This document shows, in pieces, positions 26,445 through 38,046 of a stretch of DNA of 64,000 nucleotides. The stretch covers positions 186,001 to 250,000 of the forward strand of contig CATNEN010000002.1 in NCBI GenBank assembly GCA_950097015.1. Reading direction: 5' to 3'. Both the position numbers and the translations under genes were made by a program. Numbering within the stretch: position 1 is the stretch's first letter; each line of letters opens with the position of its first letter. Source of the DNA: Macrostomum hystrix. Lineage: Eukaryota > Animalia > Platyhelminthes. The notes beneath the pieces are model-generated. The model ran no database searches. It had not been told where the DNA came from and saw only the letters and a list, made by a program, of their open reading frames with translations.

Positions 26445-29400
26445 CTAAACCCGGTAGAATGCTGGTCCCAGCAGCAGGGCCTGTCTCAGGCTGATCTTCC
26501 CCAGTCTGAGTCTCAGCGAGGGCTGAACCTTCGGGCAGTTCCGTAGCGCAGCCGGAAACTTGTGCGCCGGTTCGAATCTTGGCAGCGCGTAGGCAGCCCG
26601 GTGATCCAGGAGCCACAGGGCCAGGAGCAGGGCGGGCAGACGGCAGAGCGCCGATGCCAACAGCAGCAGGCAGCGGTCGGCGGTCATCCAGACCAGATGG
26701 AATGCCAGCAGGACGGCTGCGAATGCGGCGAAGGTTGGCAGAAGGAAGAGCAGCACGGCGAACACTAAAGTGCACAGCAGCAGCTGGTCCAGCTGGTAGG
26801 GCGCGCTGTCCGCACGCAGTCGGAGCGGATTCCACTTCCGACCGCTGAGCAGTCTGGCCGCTGCTGCGAGTAGGCGAACCTGAGTAGACATTGGATACAA
26901 GAGTGTTTCGTGTACTCTGTACTCAGTACTCTGGACACTTAAATCAAGTTGTTTTTGCGAAGTAATGGTTTTAGCCATTTAGTAGTAGTGGAGAGGAGTA
27001 GAGAAGAGCGGTGCCACCTCAACTGCACCCCGCACCGGATTGGTCGAGGCACTCGGACCATTCGGGGTGACGCAGGCATCCACCCCACACCCACCCCAAC
27101 CCCAAAACCCACCCCAACCCAAACCGGGTGCCCCGACCAATCCGGTGCGAGGGCTGTTGAAGGCACCGCTTTCCTAGTACTTAGAACAGGGGTCGGCAAA
27201 CTTATTAGCGTGCGGGCCACGGTGAGAACCTAAAGAACGACTGCGGGCCGCATTAACTGCAGGAATATGAGACAGGGGAGAGATCAGACACAGGACAGAT
27301 GAGACACAAAAGAATTGAGACGGGATACTTTGTGTGCTGGAAGGGGCAACGGGCCGGATTAGGGAGCTTCTGACCCGCGGGCCAGAGTTTGCAGATCCCT
27401 GGCACAGATGAACGTGCTTAATGATTTGTGCACTTTTAATTGTGTACTTTTGGCTTTGTACTACTTTTACACTTTTATACTTTTTACACCTAAGTAGTAT
27501 ATTCAGATAATTATTACAATTCTATCTATCTTAGTCTAATAAATGATGCAAGAAGTACACTAAACAGTGCCAGATTGCGGATTTTCGCTGACCTGCAGTC
27601 TGCAAAGTCGCCAGCAGAGAGCGTCCAACAGGCGCAGGTGCAGTGACAGCAGCTGGCAGAAGTCGGACAGCAGGGCCAGCTGGCAGGGAGCTCCGCCTAC
27701 CACAGTCAGCAGGAGCAGGGCTCGCCACAGGTGGGCGGTCACGCTGGGCAGTAGCAGTGTGTCAGTCCACTGGTGCCAGATGCTCAGCTGATAGGCCAGG
27801 CCCTATAGGGAGCACGACAGGGAATGGGATTTTCATATAGAAAGCTAAAAAAATCCTAGATCCAAAGAAATGATCTTAAATCTACTAGAAGATTGCTACA
27901 ATAATAACTAATAATAATAATAATAATTGCAGGAGGGCTGCGGGCAATTACACATCATTTCGTGACACCAGACACGCAGCCACGCTGATCGGCAGACACG
28001 CGGGGGTGAGTGGATCAGCGGCTAATGTCGCTGCCTCACTTTCCAATTGTCGCTGGTTCGTTCCTCCCTCCAAGTCACGATTATTTCGGGGCTTAGTTGG
28101 GGGTCTGCCAAGTAGTGACTTGCGGAGATGCACCTTATTCTGTGCAACCAAAGCTATTAAAATAGCTTAACCCCTGCCTTCTGCATGCCTGCTTGTTTGT
28201 GTTTGTGTTTGTGCGTTGGGCCGGGTGTGAGGCGTTGTATGGGGGGCGGGGCGGGTGTGCACCAGCCATGCGTGCTCTGAGCGGCGAGGTTTCACCAGCC
28301 GTCTGCGCGCGTGGCTTGTTCCTCTCGTCCCTACCCTTCAGGCATGTAAGTCCTCCCCTGGTTTGGTCTGCTCTGTGCGTGTGCGGGCCTGGGGTGAGAG
28401 GCACTCCGGCTGCCGCCCCCTTCCCCCGCTTGGCTTGCGGCTGTGTGTGAGGTGCCTGTGTACAGGGGTCCAGATGGCGCGATGGGCGACTCCCGCCTAG
28501 TTCGCCGGCCTGGGGGCATGACGTTCCTGCGCTTGTGCGTCAAGTGCCCCAGGCCCCCTGCAATTAAGTAAAAGACACGCAGCCAGCGAGGAGGCAATTC
28601 TGCCCATTTCGCTGACTCCTGAGCACACACGCGCACAGATACCGTACGCAGACACACACTCACACAGGGGAGTGTACATCTGCCCTGACTTTCTCATCGT
28701 TAGGCAGTGTACACGTACACTCTTAGTGTGCGTTCGAGTTTGGCCCTCAAGGGCGTAAATTGCACACGACAAGGCCCCAAGCCTTCTCTCCTCGGCTGCG
28801 CCTCAAATAAATGTGGCCCCGCCGCGCAATCGAGCTCAGGGACCTCGGCGCGAGAAGCAAACGCGTCAGACCGCTCAGCCACTGACCCCAGAATAACGCC
28901 ACAACCGACCTGGGCTAGCAACCGGGCAGCGCCGCTGTGCAGTTTGAGTCCAGCCGGGTACCGCCTCAGCCACTCCAGTGCGGATCGCAGTGCCAGCTCC
29001 AGCTGCAGTGTGAAATAGCGCGCAGTCCCAGTACATCCGCTGTCATCCGTGCCGCTAGATACAAGACCTTCGCAGCTGCAGGCGCGAGCCAGTGAGCGAC
29101 AGCACCAGCTGCCCGCAATCATTAAACAGACGCCAAGAACTAATTGTAAAACTATCTGCGCACCAGCGTGCGGATTTCGTTGGCGTTCAACTACTGGCAG
29201 TAGTGCTAGACGAAAATTTTGCCAAGTCGATGTCAGACGAGCGATAGTCTGGCTAGAATCCAGCAGGCTTCTAACTAATGAGCATAGGCTGCGCCTGCTA
29301 TCGTCTTCTAAACAAGGTTCTGGCTTGGTTTCATCAATGCTGGGTGCGGTGACCGCCAGCCAGCTCGGTAGACCCAAGTGCCTTCTGAACGCATCAAGCC

Positions 29401-29683
29401 TGGGACCAATGGGTGCCATGTCTTCCAATGCAACCGAAGCCGACATGAATAAACTGGACCTGATCACCTCCGAATCGTATGATATAATCAGAGTGGATTC
29501 GTTATCTAACAAGTCACGGATTGGTTCGGCATTTCTGTTCGATTTGCAACCAAGATCCAGCACAGTGGCTACTCTTTGTTCGGCATCGCGAACGCCAATC
29601 AACTCCGACGACGATGTCGGGGACTTCAAGGCGGACTCCGGAATGAACAGAAGCCAGTTTGAGTTGTCGGTTGAGTTTTGCAT
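26445..29683 (-). CDS. PIGQ: GPI-GlcNAc transferase subunit Q (Gpi1/PIG-Q), ~472 aa
   Basis: Exons 29683-28910, 27802-27593 and 26879-26445, all phase 0 with GT-AG. Motifs EWLRRYPAGLKLH, LALLSDFCQLLSLH and LLSGRKWNPLRLRADSAPYQLDQLLLCTLVFAVLLFLLPT correspond to PIGQ WLMGAPAGLK and LFRGKKWNVLRQRVDS..LDQL.GTLLFTILLFLLPT. Confidence 0.9.
27008..27169. mobile_element. Foldback/MITE-like element with ~48-bp inverted arms
   Basis: GCGGTGCC...GCACCGGATTGGTCGAGGCACTCGG (27008-27056) is complementary to CCGGGTGCCCCGACCAATCCGGTGC...GGCACCGC (27124-27169). The spacer contains CCCACCCCAA repeats. Confidence 0.6.
27187..27401. mobile_element. hAT-like non-autonomous element (215 bp)
   Basis: Imperfect 15-bp TIRs CAGGGGTCGGCAAAC / GTTTGCAGATCCCTG and internal GCGGGCC motifs as in hAT MITEs. 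The 8-bp TSD is not preserved. Confidence 0.6.
27900..28830 (-). mobile_element. SINE-like family B copy, interrupted by a 590-bp insertion
   Basis: Tail (AAT)n-TGCAGGAGGGCTGCGGGC at 27900-27982 and body at 28586-28830 join seamlessly when compared with the intact copy at 43540-43850. Confidence 0.85.
27983..28572 (+). mobile_element. Nested GC-rich retroposon flanked by a 13-bp TSD AGACACGCAGCCA
   Basis: Direct repeats at 27970-27982 and 28573-28585. The 3' end CCCCCTGCAATTAAGTAAA resembles the family B 3' end CCCTCCTGCAATTATT. Confidence 0.75.
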
Positions 29684-29781
29684 TTTTGTTTCACTCCGAA
29701 TGAATAAATTAAGTTCTGGAAATTCCAAAGGTGCATTACAACAGTAAAATGTATCAAAATCATTTTTACATTTATCTCTCG

Positions 29782-29918
29782 CACATTTATTTGGGGCGCA
29801 GCCGCGCAGAGAAGGCTTGGGGGCTTGTCGTGCAATTTACCTATTGAGGACCAACCTGCAAGGCACAGCGAAAGTGTACACTGCCTGGCGATAAGAAAGT
29901 CCGGCAGATGAACACACA
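29782..29918 (+). mobile_element. SINE-like family B, 5' fragment (inverted relative to the 28.6-28.8 kb copy)
   Basis: CACATTTATTTGGGGCGCAGCC...GAGAAGGCTTGGGGGCTTGTCGTGCA...AGAAAGTCCGGCAGATG matches the other copies. Confidence 0.8.
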
Positions 29919-30404
29919 TTGATGGCTATAACTATTCACGACTATCGATCCTCAGTACCACGTCTGGTGGTGGCGATCTCTTCTGGATCCTTACCTCCGG
30001 TGATCAGACCAAGAAAGAACACAAACACAGTTTTTTACTTTCTAATAGGCAAACCAAATGGAGCTCAAAGTGTAATTTCTATTATCTGTAAATCTCCTTT
30101 GACAACAAAAAAGCTAAAAGGTAATGCATATTTGTCATATATATCAATGAAAGTTTATTTAGGGCAAAATACCATAGCTTTGTAACAGGAAATCTGACAG
30201 TCAGTCAAGAAACAGCAGTCAAGACAAACCGGCAGTTAAAGAATTGATAAAGTACGTACTCGTATAGTATATGTTAGAGGCTGGGGTTGGCTATGCCAGA
30301 AATGTAATTTCGGGGTAGATGATTGGCTCAAAAGTTGGATGAAAATATTCGGGTGCATGTTTCTTCGCAATTACTAACGGTAGAGAATATTGAGGCTGGT
30401 GATT

Positions 30405-30750
30405 GGCTTGAAGGTATTTAGGGTGCTGGCCAAGAGGATTAAATAATTTTGGGGTGGGTGATTGGTCAAGGAGGTTAGAGAATTCATGGGTTGGGTGATT
30501 GGTCACGGGGTTAGAGAATTCTGGGGTGGGTGATTGGCCAAGAGGGGCAGATAATTCTGGGGTGGGTGATTGGTCAAGGGGGTAAGAGAATTCTGGGGTG
30601 GGTGATTGGCGAAGGGGGTTAGAGAATTCCGGGGTGGGTGATTGGCCAAGGGGGTTAGAGAATTCTGGGGTGGGTGATTGGTAAAGGGGGTTAGATAATT
30701 AAGGGGTGGGCGATTGGCCAAGAGGGGCAGAGAATTCTGAGGTGGGGTGA
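30405..30750. repeat. G-rich minisatellite, ~36-bp unit GGGGTGGGTGATTGGCCAAGGGGGTTAGAGAATTCT
   Basis: About 9 degenerate tandem units between the ALKBH7 stop and the PIG-Q start. Confidence 0.9.
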
Positions 30751-30799
30751 GAATCGGCATAAAAAATAAAGGTCTAGAAAACGAAAGCAGGCCTTGTAG

Positions 30800-31582
30800 T
30801 CATATGGTCCTTTGGTCTCCCCCGCCGTCCGCATCATTGGCGTCGGCGGCCCGCACTCGCTCCGGATCCGGCTGGCAGCGGCAGATAACGGACACTCGCC
30901 GGGTCTTTCTCACAGCCAGCTGTCCGATTCGATTGTCCGGATCGTCGTTGCCAAGCACAGCGTGCGCATAGTCATACCGGAGTCGGTCGCGCATAACGTA
31001 GAGCGAACGCCTCGGCAGCAGCACCTTGGCCCAGGAGGGATCCTGCCCAGCAGACTTGGCCAGAGAGAATCGCATGACACTGTCGGACAAGAGGCTGAGT
31101 CCGGCAATTATGGAGCCGCAGAATCGCACAGCGTCAACGTGAGGTCTGATGTGGCCATCTTCGGCTAGGTCCAACACGTGCACATGCTCCAGGCGGTTGG
31201 CTCCCATCAATCCGGCGGCGCTGGCTACCCGGCTGAGCACAGCCTGATTCGGCTCCTTCCAGCTGCTGCGCTCCATCTCGCGGTAGTTCTGAATGGCGTC
31301 GTCCCAGTGGGCGGACTCGTAGCGAAGTCTGCGCAGAGCAGGCTGCAGCTCAGATATAAGGCTGGCCTCTTCCGATTCGGTTAGGAAGTCGGGCATTAAG
31401 GTCAAGTTTTTCAACACGTCCGCTTCTGTAGCCGAATCTGACGCTTCTAAAAGAATCGACGACGCTGTTAGGGCAGAAGAAGAAGACGGAAGACTTAACA
31501 GGCGAATAATGAGACCAGGCGAACAGCGAGATCGCAGGTGGAGCAGCAGGGATCGAGCGATCATTACTGAACTGGAAATCAT
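30800..31582 (-). CDS. ALKBH7: AlkB-family 2OG-Fe(II) dioxygenase ALKBH7, 260 aa, single exon
   Basis: YESAHWDDAIQNYRE, HVHVLDL..GHIRPHVDAVRFCG..IAGLSLLSDSVMRF, LLPRRSLYVM..RYDYAH and RRVSVICR (HxD...H...R triad), plus an Arg/Ser/Leu-rich transit-like N-terminus. Confidence 0.92.
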   Translation of the reverse strand: MISSSVMIARSLLLHLRSRCSPGLIIRLLSLPSSSSALTASSILLEASDSATEADVLKNLTLMPDFLTESEEASLISELQPALRRLRYESAHWDDAIQNYREMERSSWKEPNQAVLSRVASAAGLMGANRLEHVHVLDLAEDGHIRPHVDAVRFCGSIIAGLSLLSDSVMRFSLAKSAGQDPSWAKVLLPRRSLYVMRDRLRYDYAHAVLGNDDPDNRIGQLAVRKTRRVSVICRCQPDPERVRAADANDADGGGDQRTI

Positions 31583-32205
31583 TGCGAGAAACCAAATATT
31601 TTAATTAATACTTACAGTAGTATACACGCATAATCTTCACTCAATCCTAGCTGAATCTAATATACAATTTGATATTGACCAGAATTGCCGAGTCTCATAA
31701 GCAATCACGCTAGTTGAACTTTGAAGTGAAATAGTTATTAACTTGAAGAACACTTGGGTCAAGCCTTCATTTCCAGAAGCAGGATTCAGAAGCCCACACA
31801 CAATGCACCTCTAGTCTTCAATGCACAAAGCGCTGAATTGGGCGCCACAGAGAGGAAGAGAGGAGGGTGGGAGGCGAGGGAGGGACTGGACTTGCTGTGC
31901 ATTCAACTCAATCGACTTGAGAACCCCACGCCCAAAAAATCCCTAAACGCTAGCTGTCCGATGTACTCTCACTATAGAATATAGAATAGGGAGACAGAGA
32001 ATGGAGAGACTAGCGGATAATTCACAGCCTGTTGTTGTCATAAAAGCCCTAGCAAGCGGTGCTGAGTCATACGCGATTGCGGGACCGTTCACTAAGCAGG
32101 TCAATAAACAGCAAATGTTATTTTCACATTTTCTGCAACTTTTCTGCGACCAACATCGTCATGACAGACATGTAATGAAGTCATAATCCAGCAGCAAAAT
32201 AGATT

Positions 32206-33254
32206 ATGACACCACGCAATTTGACCCTAGCCTACGCGGCTTGTCAGATTCTGTCGGTCTGCCTGGACATTGGCGCCCTCATCGCCTCCGCGCTGGCCGC
32301 CTACGGCTCAGCGTCGGCTGGCGCGGCGGTTTGCAAGCCGGGCAGCGGGAACGAAGAAATCTGTCGATTCCCGATCTGGGCGCTGAGCGTGGCGATTGTG
32401 GGACACCTCAGTCTGCTAGCCTACAGCGTACTAGTTGTGATAGGCCCAGTGACGGCTACTCAAACTACAGCTGGTGTGCTCATCGGTGGCGCCTGTCTAG
32501 CTGCTGAACTAGCCCCTAGCATCACCATCAACGCCTGGTTTGAGACTTCGACCAACGCCGGATGGCGCGCAGGAGTAGCGCTGATGTACACAGCGGCCGT
32601 CATCAGCGCGGCACAATTATTGCTTATTTTATTATCACGGAAGTTCTTTAAGAAAACCAAGAGAAGTGGCCCTTCCAGCACTAATAATATAGCCAATAAA
32701 CCACAGATTTCCGTAGTTGAGGACAGCGTCACATTCGCGGCTACGGACGCTGATGAAGGCGGTTTCGGCTTGTCAAAACTGCGCAAATCGCTGCGAGGAA
32801 TAATGTCGTTAGGACGCAGGAAACGACTGCGGCAGGAGGCGCAGAATGAGGCCGGTAAGCTACATGCAACGGTTAAACGGGACATTCTCTAGCTCTTTGG
32901 CTCTAGCTGGCAATTGTATTGCTTCTTCTTTAAATAGCAATTTTAAAGATTCTTCAACTGGCATTCGAGAGCTACTTAATTGACATTTGTAGACCTTATT
33001 TAACAGGCAATTATCCATATTGTTTCTTTACTTTACCAGGCCAATTTTACTACTACGAGTGTATTTTTCTTCTTGCATAAATCAGTGGACGGCAAAACAG
33101 GTGCCTTAAAATACTTCAAGTTCTAGATTGGCACCCTTTGAGTTGCAAATAAAACACCAAACCATTGTGCAGACCAGTATCCGCAACCGTACAGCACTGA
33201 TGATGCCAGTCCATACGCTGTTTCCAACGTATTTGGCATGAGAGACCAACAGAT

Positions 33255-33319
<65 letters not shown>

Positions 33320-33498
33320 GGCAACAACAACAATCGTTCGACGACAACCATTATCATCAGCCGTATTATGGATCGACTACTACAGACGATGCCGCCGTCA
33401 GCAATGCGGCCTTCGTCATTACCGAGGAGGTGGAGGTCCAAGAAAAAGCACGACAAGGCAACAGAGGGGTCTGGCCATACAGTACGACGGAAATTTGA
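32206..33498 (+). CDS. Orphan four-transmembrane protein with polyQ cytoplasmic tail, 324 aa
   Basis: Exons 32206-32854 (donor GTAAGC) and 33173-33498 (acceptor TGTGCAG), phase 1. Four hydrophobic segments, a Cys pair in loop 1, a Q21 tract and C-terminal -STTEI. Confidence 0.72.
33259..33318 (+). repeat. (CAG)20 microsatellite encoding polyQ
   Basis: Uninterrupted CAG run inside exon 2 of the 4-TM gene. Confidence 0.95.
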
Positions 33499-34220
33499 GC
33501 CTTGGTAACTAATTACAATAAGTACACCGTGCATCGGGAGAACTCTATGTCATTGTGAAGCCTTAATCCTAAAGTCCAAATGCCATTCCCCATTTCAAAA
33601 CACAATGTCTCACTTATCACGCAATTTTCTAATCTTAATATCATTGCTAAAATGCTGCCTATATTATATTATTTTTTACTAATAATTAAGGTCATTGCAA
33701 AGGTTGAGATTACTATCCAAAAAATAAATTGCGAGAACCTACCTTATGTTCGAATGTATTACTTTATTTATAATAAGAATAAATAAAAGTCGAGCGAATT
33801 GTTGAAACGATTAGCAAACGATTATATTTTTATAACTTAAATTATAGACATTTTTAATAGTTGAAACAGCGATACTACTATTAGTACTATACCTCGAAAA
33901 AAAACATTTTTTAAATACGAAAGCCGAATTAGCTTTTATTAGACAGCAAAAGACAAACACTTAATATTCATGCTAAATAAATGCGCCGTGTGCATGCAAT
34001 TTGCTAATTGTGAGCATGTTACAGAATTATAACAAAACTAAATACTTTTTTGAGTGAATTTACTGATCTAATGTGTTACAAAACGTTAAGAAATCACTTG
34101 TAAATATATGTCCCGTGCGAAAGTTCAGCTTATGAAAATTGCATATAGGACGATAAATGGTTTAGATTTAAATAGCACACAGTTGCAAACCAAGCAAAAT
34201 AGTTATTTAGTTATAACAGA

Positions 34221-37200
34221 TTATGAAGCGCTGACTGCAGCAGCGGTTGCGGCGGAGGTTGGGTCATAGTTTTCTTTGGCACTGGCCTTGCCGTTAACAG
34301 CAGCATGATCACCATTGTCGGTTGGAGCTGCTGCTGTTGCTGCTGCTGCTGCTGTTGCTGTTTTGTGCACAGCGCCAGACATAGCCGTCTGACTGTCCAT
34401 TGACAACGGCGGCTGCTGATGTTGCAAATCAGTGGACGATTGACTGAGAGGTTGCTGCTGCTGCTGTGGAGCCTGACGCGAATTGAAGATTACACAAAGA
34501 CACTTAATGCACTTCTGACACTCCCGATTCATTCCTGACACACCTGATTCATTCCTGACACACCTGATTCATTCCTGACACACCTGATTCATTCCTGACA
34601 CACCTGATTCATTCCTGACACACCTGATTCATTCCTGACGCACCTGTTTTATTTCTGACTCACCTGATTAATTTCTGACATACCTGATGCATTCCTAACA
34701 TACCTGATTCATTCCTGACACACCTGACTCATTCCTGACACACCTGATTCATCCCTGACACACCTGATTCATTCCTGACACACCTGATTCATTTCTGACA
34801 CACCTGATTCATTCCTGACACACCTGATTCATTCCTGACACACCTGATTCATTCCTGACATACCTGATTCATCCCTGACACACCTGATTCATTCCTGACA
34901 CACCTGATTCATTTCTGACACACCTAATTCATCCCTGACATACCTGACTCATTCCTGACACACCTGATTCATTCCTGACACAACTCATTCTTCCTTGAGA
35001 CACCTTATTCATTCCTAAAATACCTGATTCATTTCTGACACACCTGATGCATTCCTAACATACCTGATTCATTCCTGACACACCTGATTCATTCCTGACG
35101 CACCTGTTTTATTTCTGACACACCTGATTAATTCCTGACACACCTGATTCATCCCTGACATACCTGATGCATTCCTGAAACACCTGATTCATCCCTTACA
35201 TACGTGATGCATTTATTTCAGAAAATCAATCGCTTTCTGATTTACCACCATCACCTTCTATATCTTACCTGCTGTTCGCTAGCCATCGACTGATCATCCA
35301 AAACGATAGACGGGACAACCTCGAGCGCAGCAGAGGCAACAGTCGTAGACGTAGCAGCAACAGCAGCAGCAACAGCAGCTGCGGCGGCCGCGGCGGCAAA
35401 CGACGGATCGCCGGCCGCAATGGCACTCTCGCCCCAGTCAATACCGCGCCTAGTGATGCGAGGATTATCGGCTAGGATGTGTCTGGCCAGCTTGTCGTAC
35501 TGCGGCCTGTCTGGCGGCGTCTCGCGCAATTGCTCGTCCGAGTACTCGTTGTTGACGTAGTAGCCGACTCTGATGAACTCCTGCGGTGCCGCGAGATTGA
35601 CAAATTAGTTTCTGTCTAACACCTATTACTTTGTATAATAAGTCTATCTAACAGCTTGTTTTCTATAAAACCGGTAGTAACTTGCCTAACAAGTTTTTTG
35701 TTAGTAATCTAGTAGTTGCCTATTTTACGTCGGTATTTGTCAAACAGGTAGTTTTCTATCTAACACCCAGTTCTTTGTCTAACAGGCAGTTTTTTATTTA
35801 ACACCCAGTTCTTTGTCTAACAGGTAGTTTTCTATCTAACACCCAGTTCTTTGTCTAACAGGCAGTTTTTTATTTAACACCAAGTTCTTTGTCTAACAGG
35901 TAGTTTTCTATTTAACACCCAGTTCTTTGTCTAACAGGCAGTTTTCTATTTAACACCCAGTTCTTTGTCTAACAGGTAGTTTTCTATTTAACACCCAGTT
36001 CTTTGTCTAACAGGTAGTTTTCTATTTAACACCCAGTTCTATGTCTATCAGGTAGTTTTCTATTTAACACCCAGTTCTTTGTCTAACAGGCAGTTTTCTA
36101 TTTAACACCCAGTTCTTTGTCTAACAGGTAGTTTTCTATTTAACACCCAGTTCTTTGTCTAACAGGTAGTTTTCTATTTAACACCCAGTTCTTTGTCTAA
36201 CAGGCAGTTTTCTATTTAACACCCAGTTCTTTGTCTAACAGGCAGTTTTCTATTTAACACCCAGTTCTTTGTCTAACAGGCAGTTTTCTATTTAACACCC
36301 AGTTCTTTGTCTAACAGGCAGTTTTCTATTTAACACCCAGTTCTTTGTCTATCAGGTAGTTTTCTATTTAACACCCAGTTCTTTGTCTAACAGGTAGTTT
36401 TCTATTTAACACCCAGTTCTATGTCTATCAGGTAGTTTTCTATTTAACACCCAGTTCTTTGTCTAACAGGCAGTTTTCTATTTAACACCCAGTTCTTTGT
36501 CTATCAGGTAGTTAGCTATTTAACACCAAGTTCTTTGTCTAACAGGCAGTTTTCTATTTTAACACCCAGTTCTTTGTCTAACAGGCAGTTTTCTATTTAA
36601 CACCCAGTTCTTTGTCTAACAGGCAGTTTTCTATTTAACACCCAGTTCTTTGTCTAACAGGCAGTTTTCTATTTAACACCCAGTTATTTGTCTAACAGGC
36701 AGTTTTCTATTTAACACCCAGTTCTTTGTCTAACAGGCAGTTTTCTATTTAACACCCAGTTCTTTGTCTAACAGGCAGTTTTCTATTTAACACCCAGTTC
36801 TTTGTCTAACAGGCAGTTTTCTATTTAACACCCAGTTCTTTGTCTAACAGGTAGTTTTCTATTTAACACCCAGTTCTTTGTCTAACAGGCAGTTTTCTAT
36901 TTAACACCAAGTTCTTTGTCTATCAGGTAGTTAGCTATTTAACACCCAGTTCTTTGTCTAACAGGCAGTTTTCTATTTAACACCAAGTTCTTTGTCTAAC
37001 AGGCAGTTTTCTATTTAACACCCAGTTCTTTGTCTAACAGGCAGTTTTCTATTTAACACCCAGTTCTTTGTCTAACAGGTAGTTTTCTATTTAACACCCA
37101 GTTCTTTGTCTAACAGGCAGTTTTCTATTTAACACCAAGTTCTTTGTCTATCAGGTAGTTAGCTATTTAACACCCAGTTCTTTGTCTAACAGGCAGTTTT

Positions 37201-38046
37201 CTATTTAACACCCAGTTCTTTGTCTAACAGGCAGTTTTTTATTTAACACCCAGTTCTTTGTCTAACAGGCAGTTTTCTATTTAACACCAAGTTCTTTGTC
37301 TATCAGGTAGTTAGCTATTTAACACCCAGTTCTTTGTCTAACAGGCAGTTTTCTATTTAACACCAAGTTCTTTGTCTATCAGGTAGTTAGCTATTTAACA
37401 CCAAGTTCTTTGTCTAACAGGCAGTTTTCTATTTTAACACCCAGTTCTTTGTCTAACAGGCAGTTTTCTATTTTAACACCCAGTTCTATGTCTAACAGGT
37501 AGTTAGCTATTTAACACCCAGTTCTATGTCTAACAGGTAGTTAGCTATTTAACACCCAGTTCTTTGTCTATCAGGTAGTTAGCTATTTAACACCCAGTTC
37601 TTTGTCTATCAGGTAGTTAGCTATTTAACACCCAGTTCTTTGTCTAACAGGCAGTTTTCTTTTTAACGCCAAGTTCTTTGTCTAACAGGCAGTTTTTTAT
37701 TTAACGCCCAGTTCTATGTTGATTCGACACTCACCTGATCGCGATACAGGCAGGCAACAATGACAACAGTCACGCCCACTGCGTCCTCAACAGGTATGAC
37801 GTCAGTGTTGGGCGGCCCGGCCTCGAATATAAACTGATGCTTGCCAACTGGCACCGGGCCAACTAAGATGGAGTCCAGTGTCTGATCCAGTGACATGTTG
37901 TAGGCGCTGGACACATAGATCAGGCGCCATTCCAAATCTTCTTCAAGCGGTTCGTAGCATTCGAATGTGATTTTAAATCGAAATGGGCTAAGAAAACTAG
38001 CCTGAGTGTCAAGCACCTCCATATTGGATATGTTTACTTTGGCCAT
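34221..38046 (-). CDS. ASF1: Histone H3-H4 chaperone ASF1, 291 aa
   Basis: Exons 38046-37735, 35580-35269 and 34472-34221, all phase 0. MAKVNI...FLSPFRFKITFEC...DLEWRLIYVSSA...DQTLDSILVGPVPVG...DAVGVTVVI and EFIRVGYYVNNEY are the canonical ASF1 core. Confidence 0.96.
34512..35210. repeat. Intronic minisatellite, 20-bp CACCTGATTCATTCCTGACA
   Basis: Fills most of ASF1 intron 2. Confidence 0.95.
35740..37715. repeat. Intronic minisatellite, 38-bp ACACCCAGTTCTTTGTCTAACAGGCAGTTTTCTATTTA
   Basis: Fills most of ASF1 intron 1. Confidence 0.97.
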
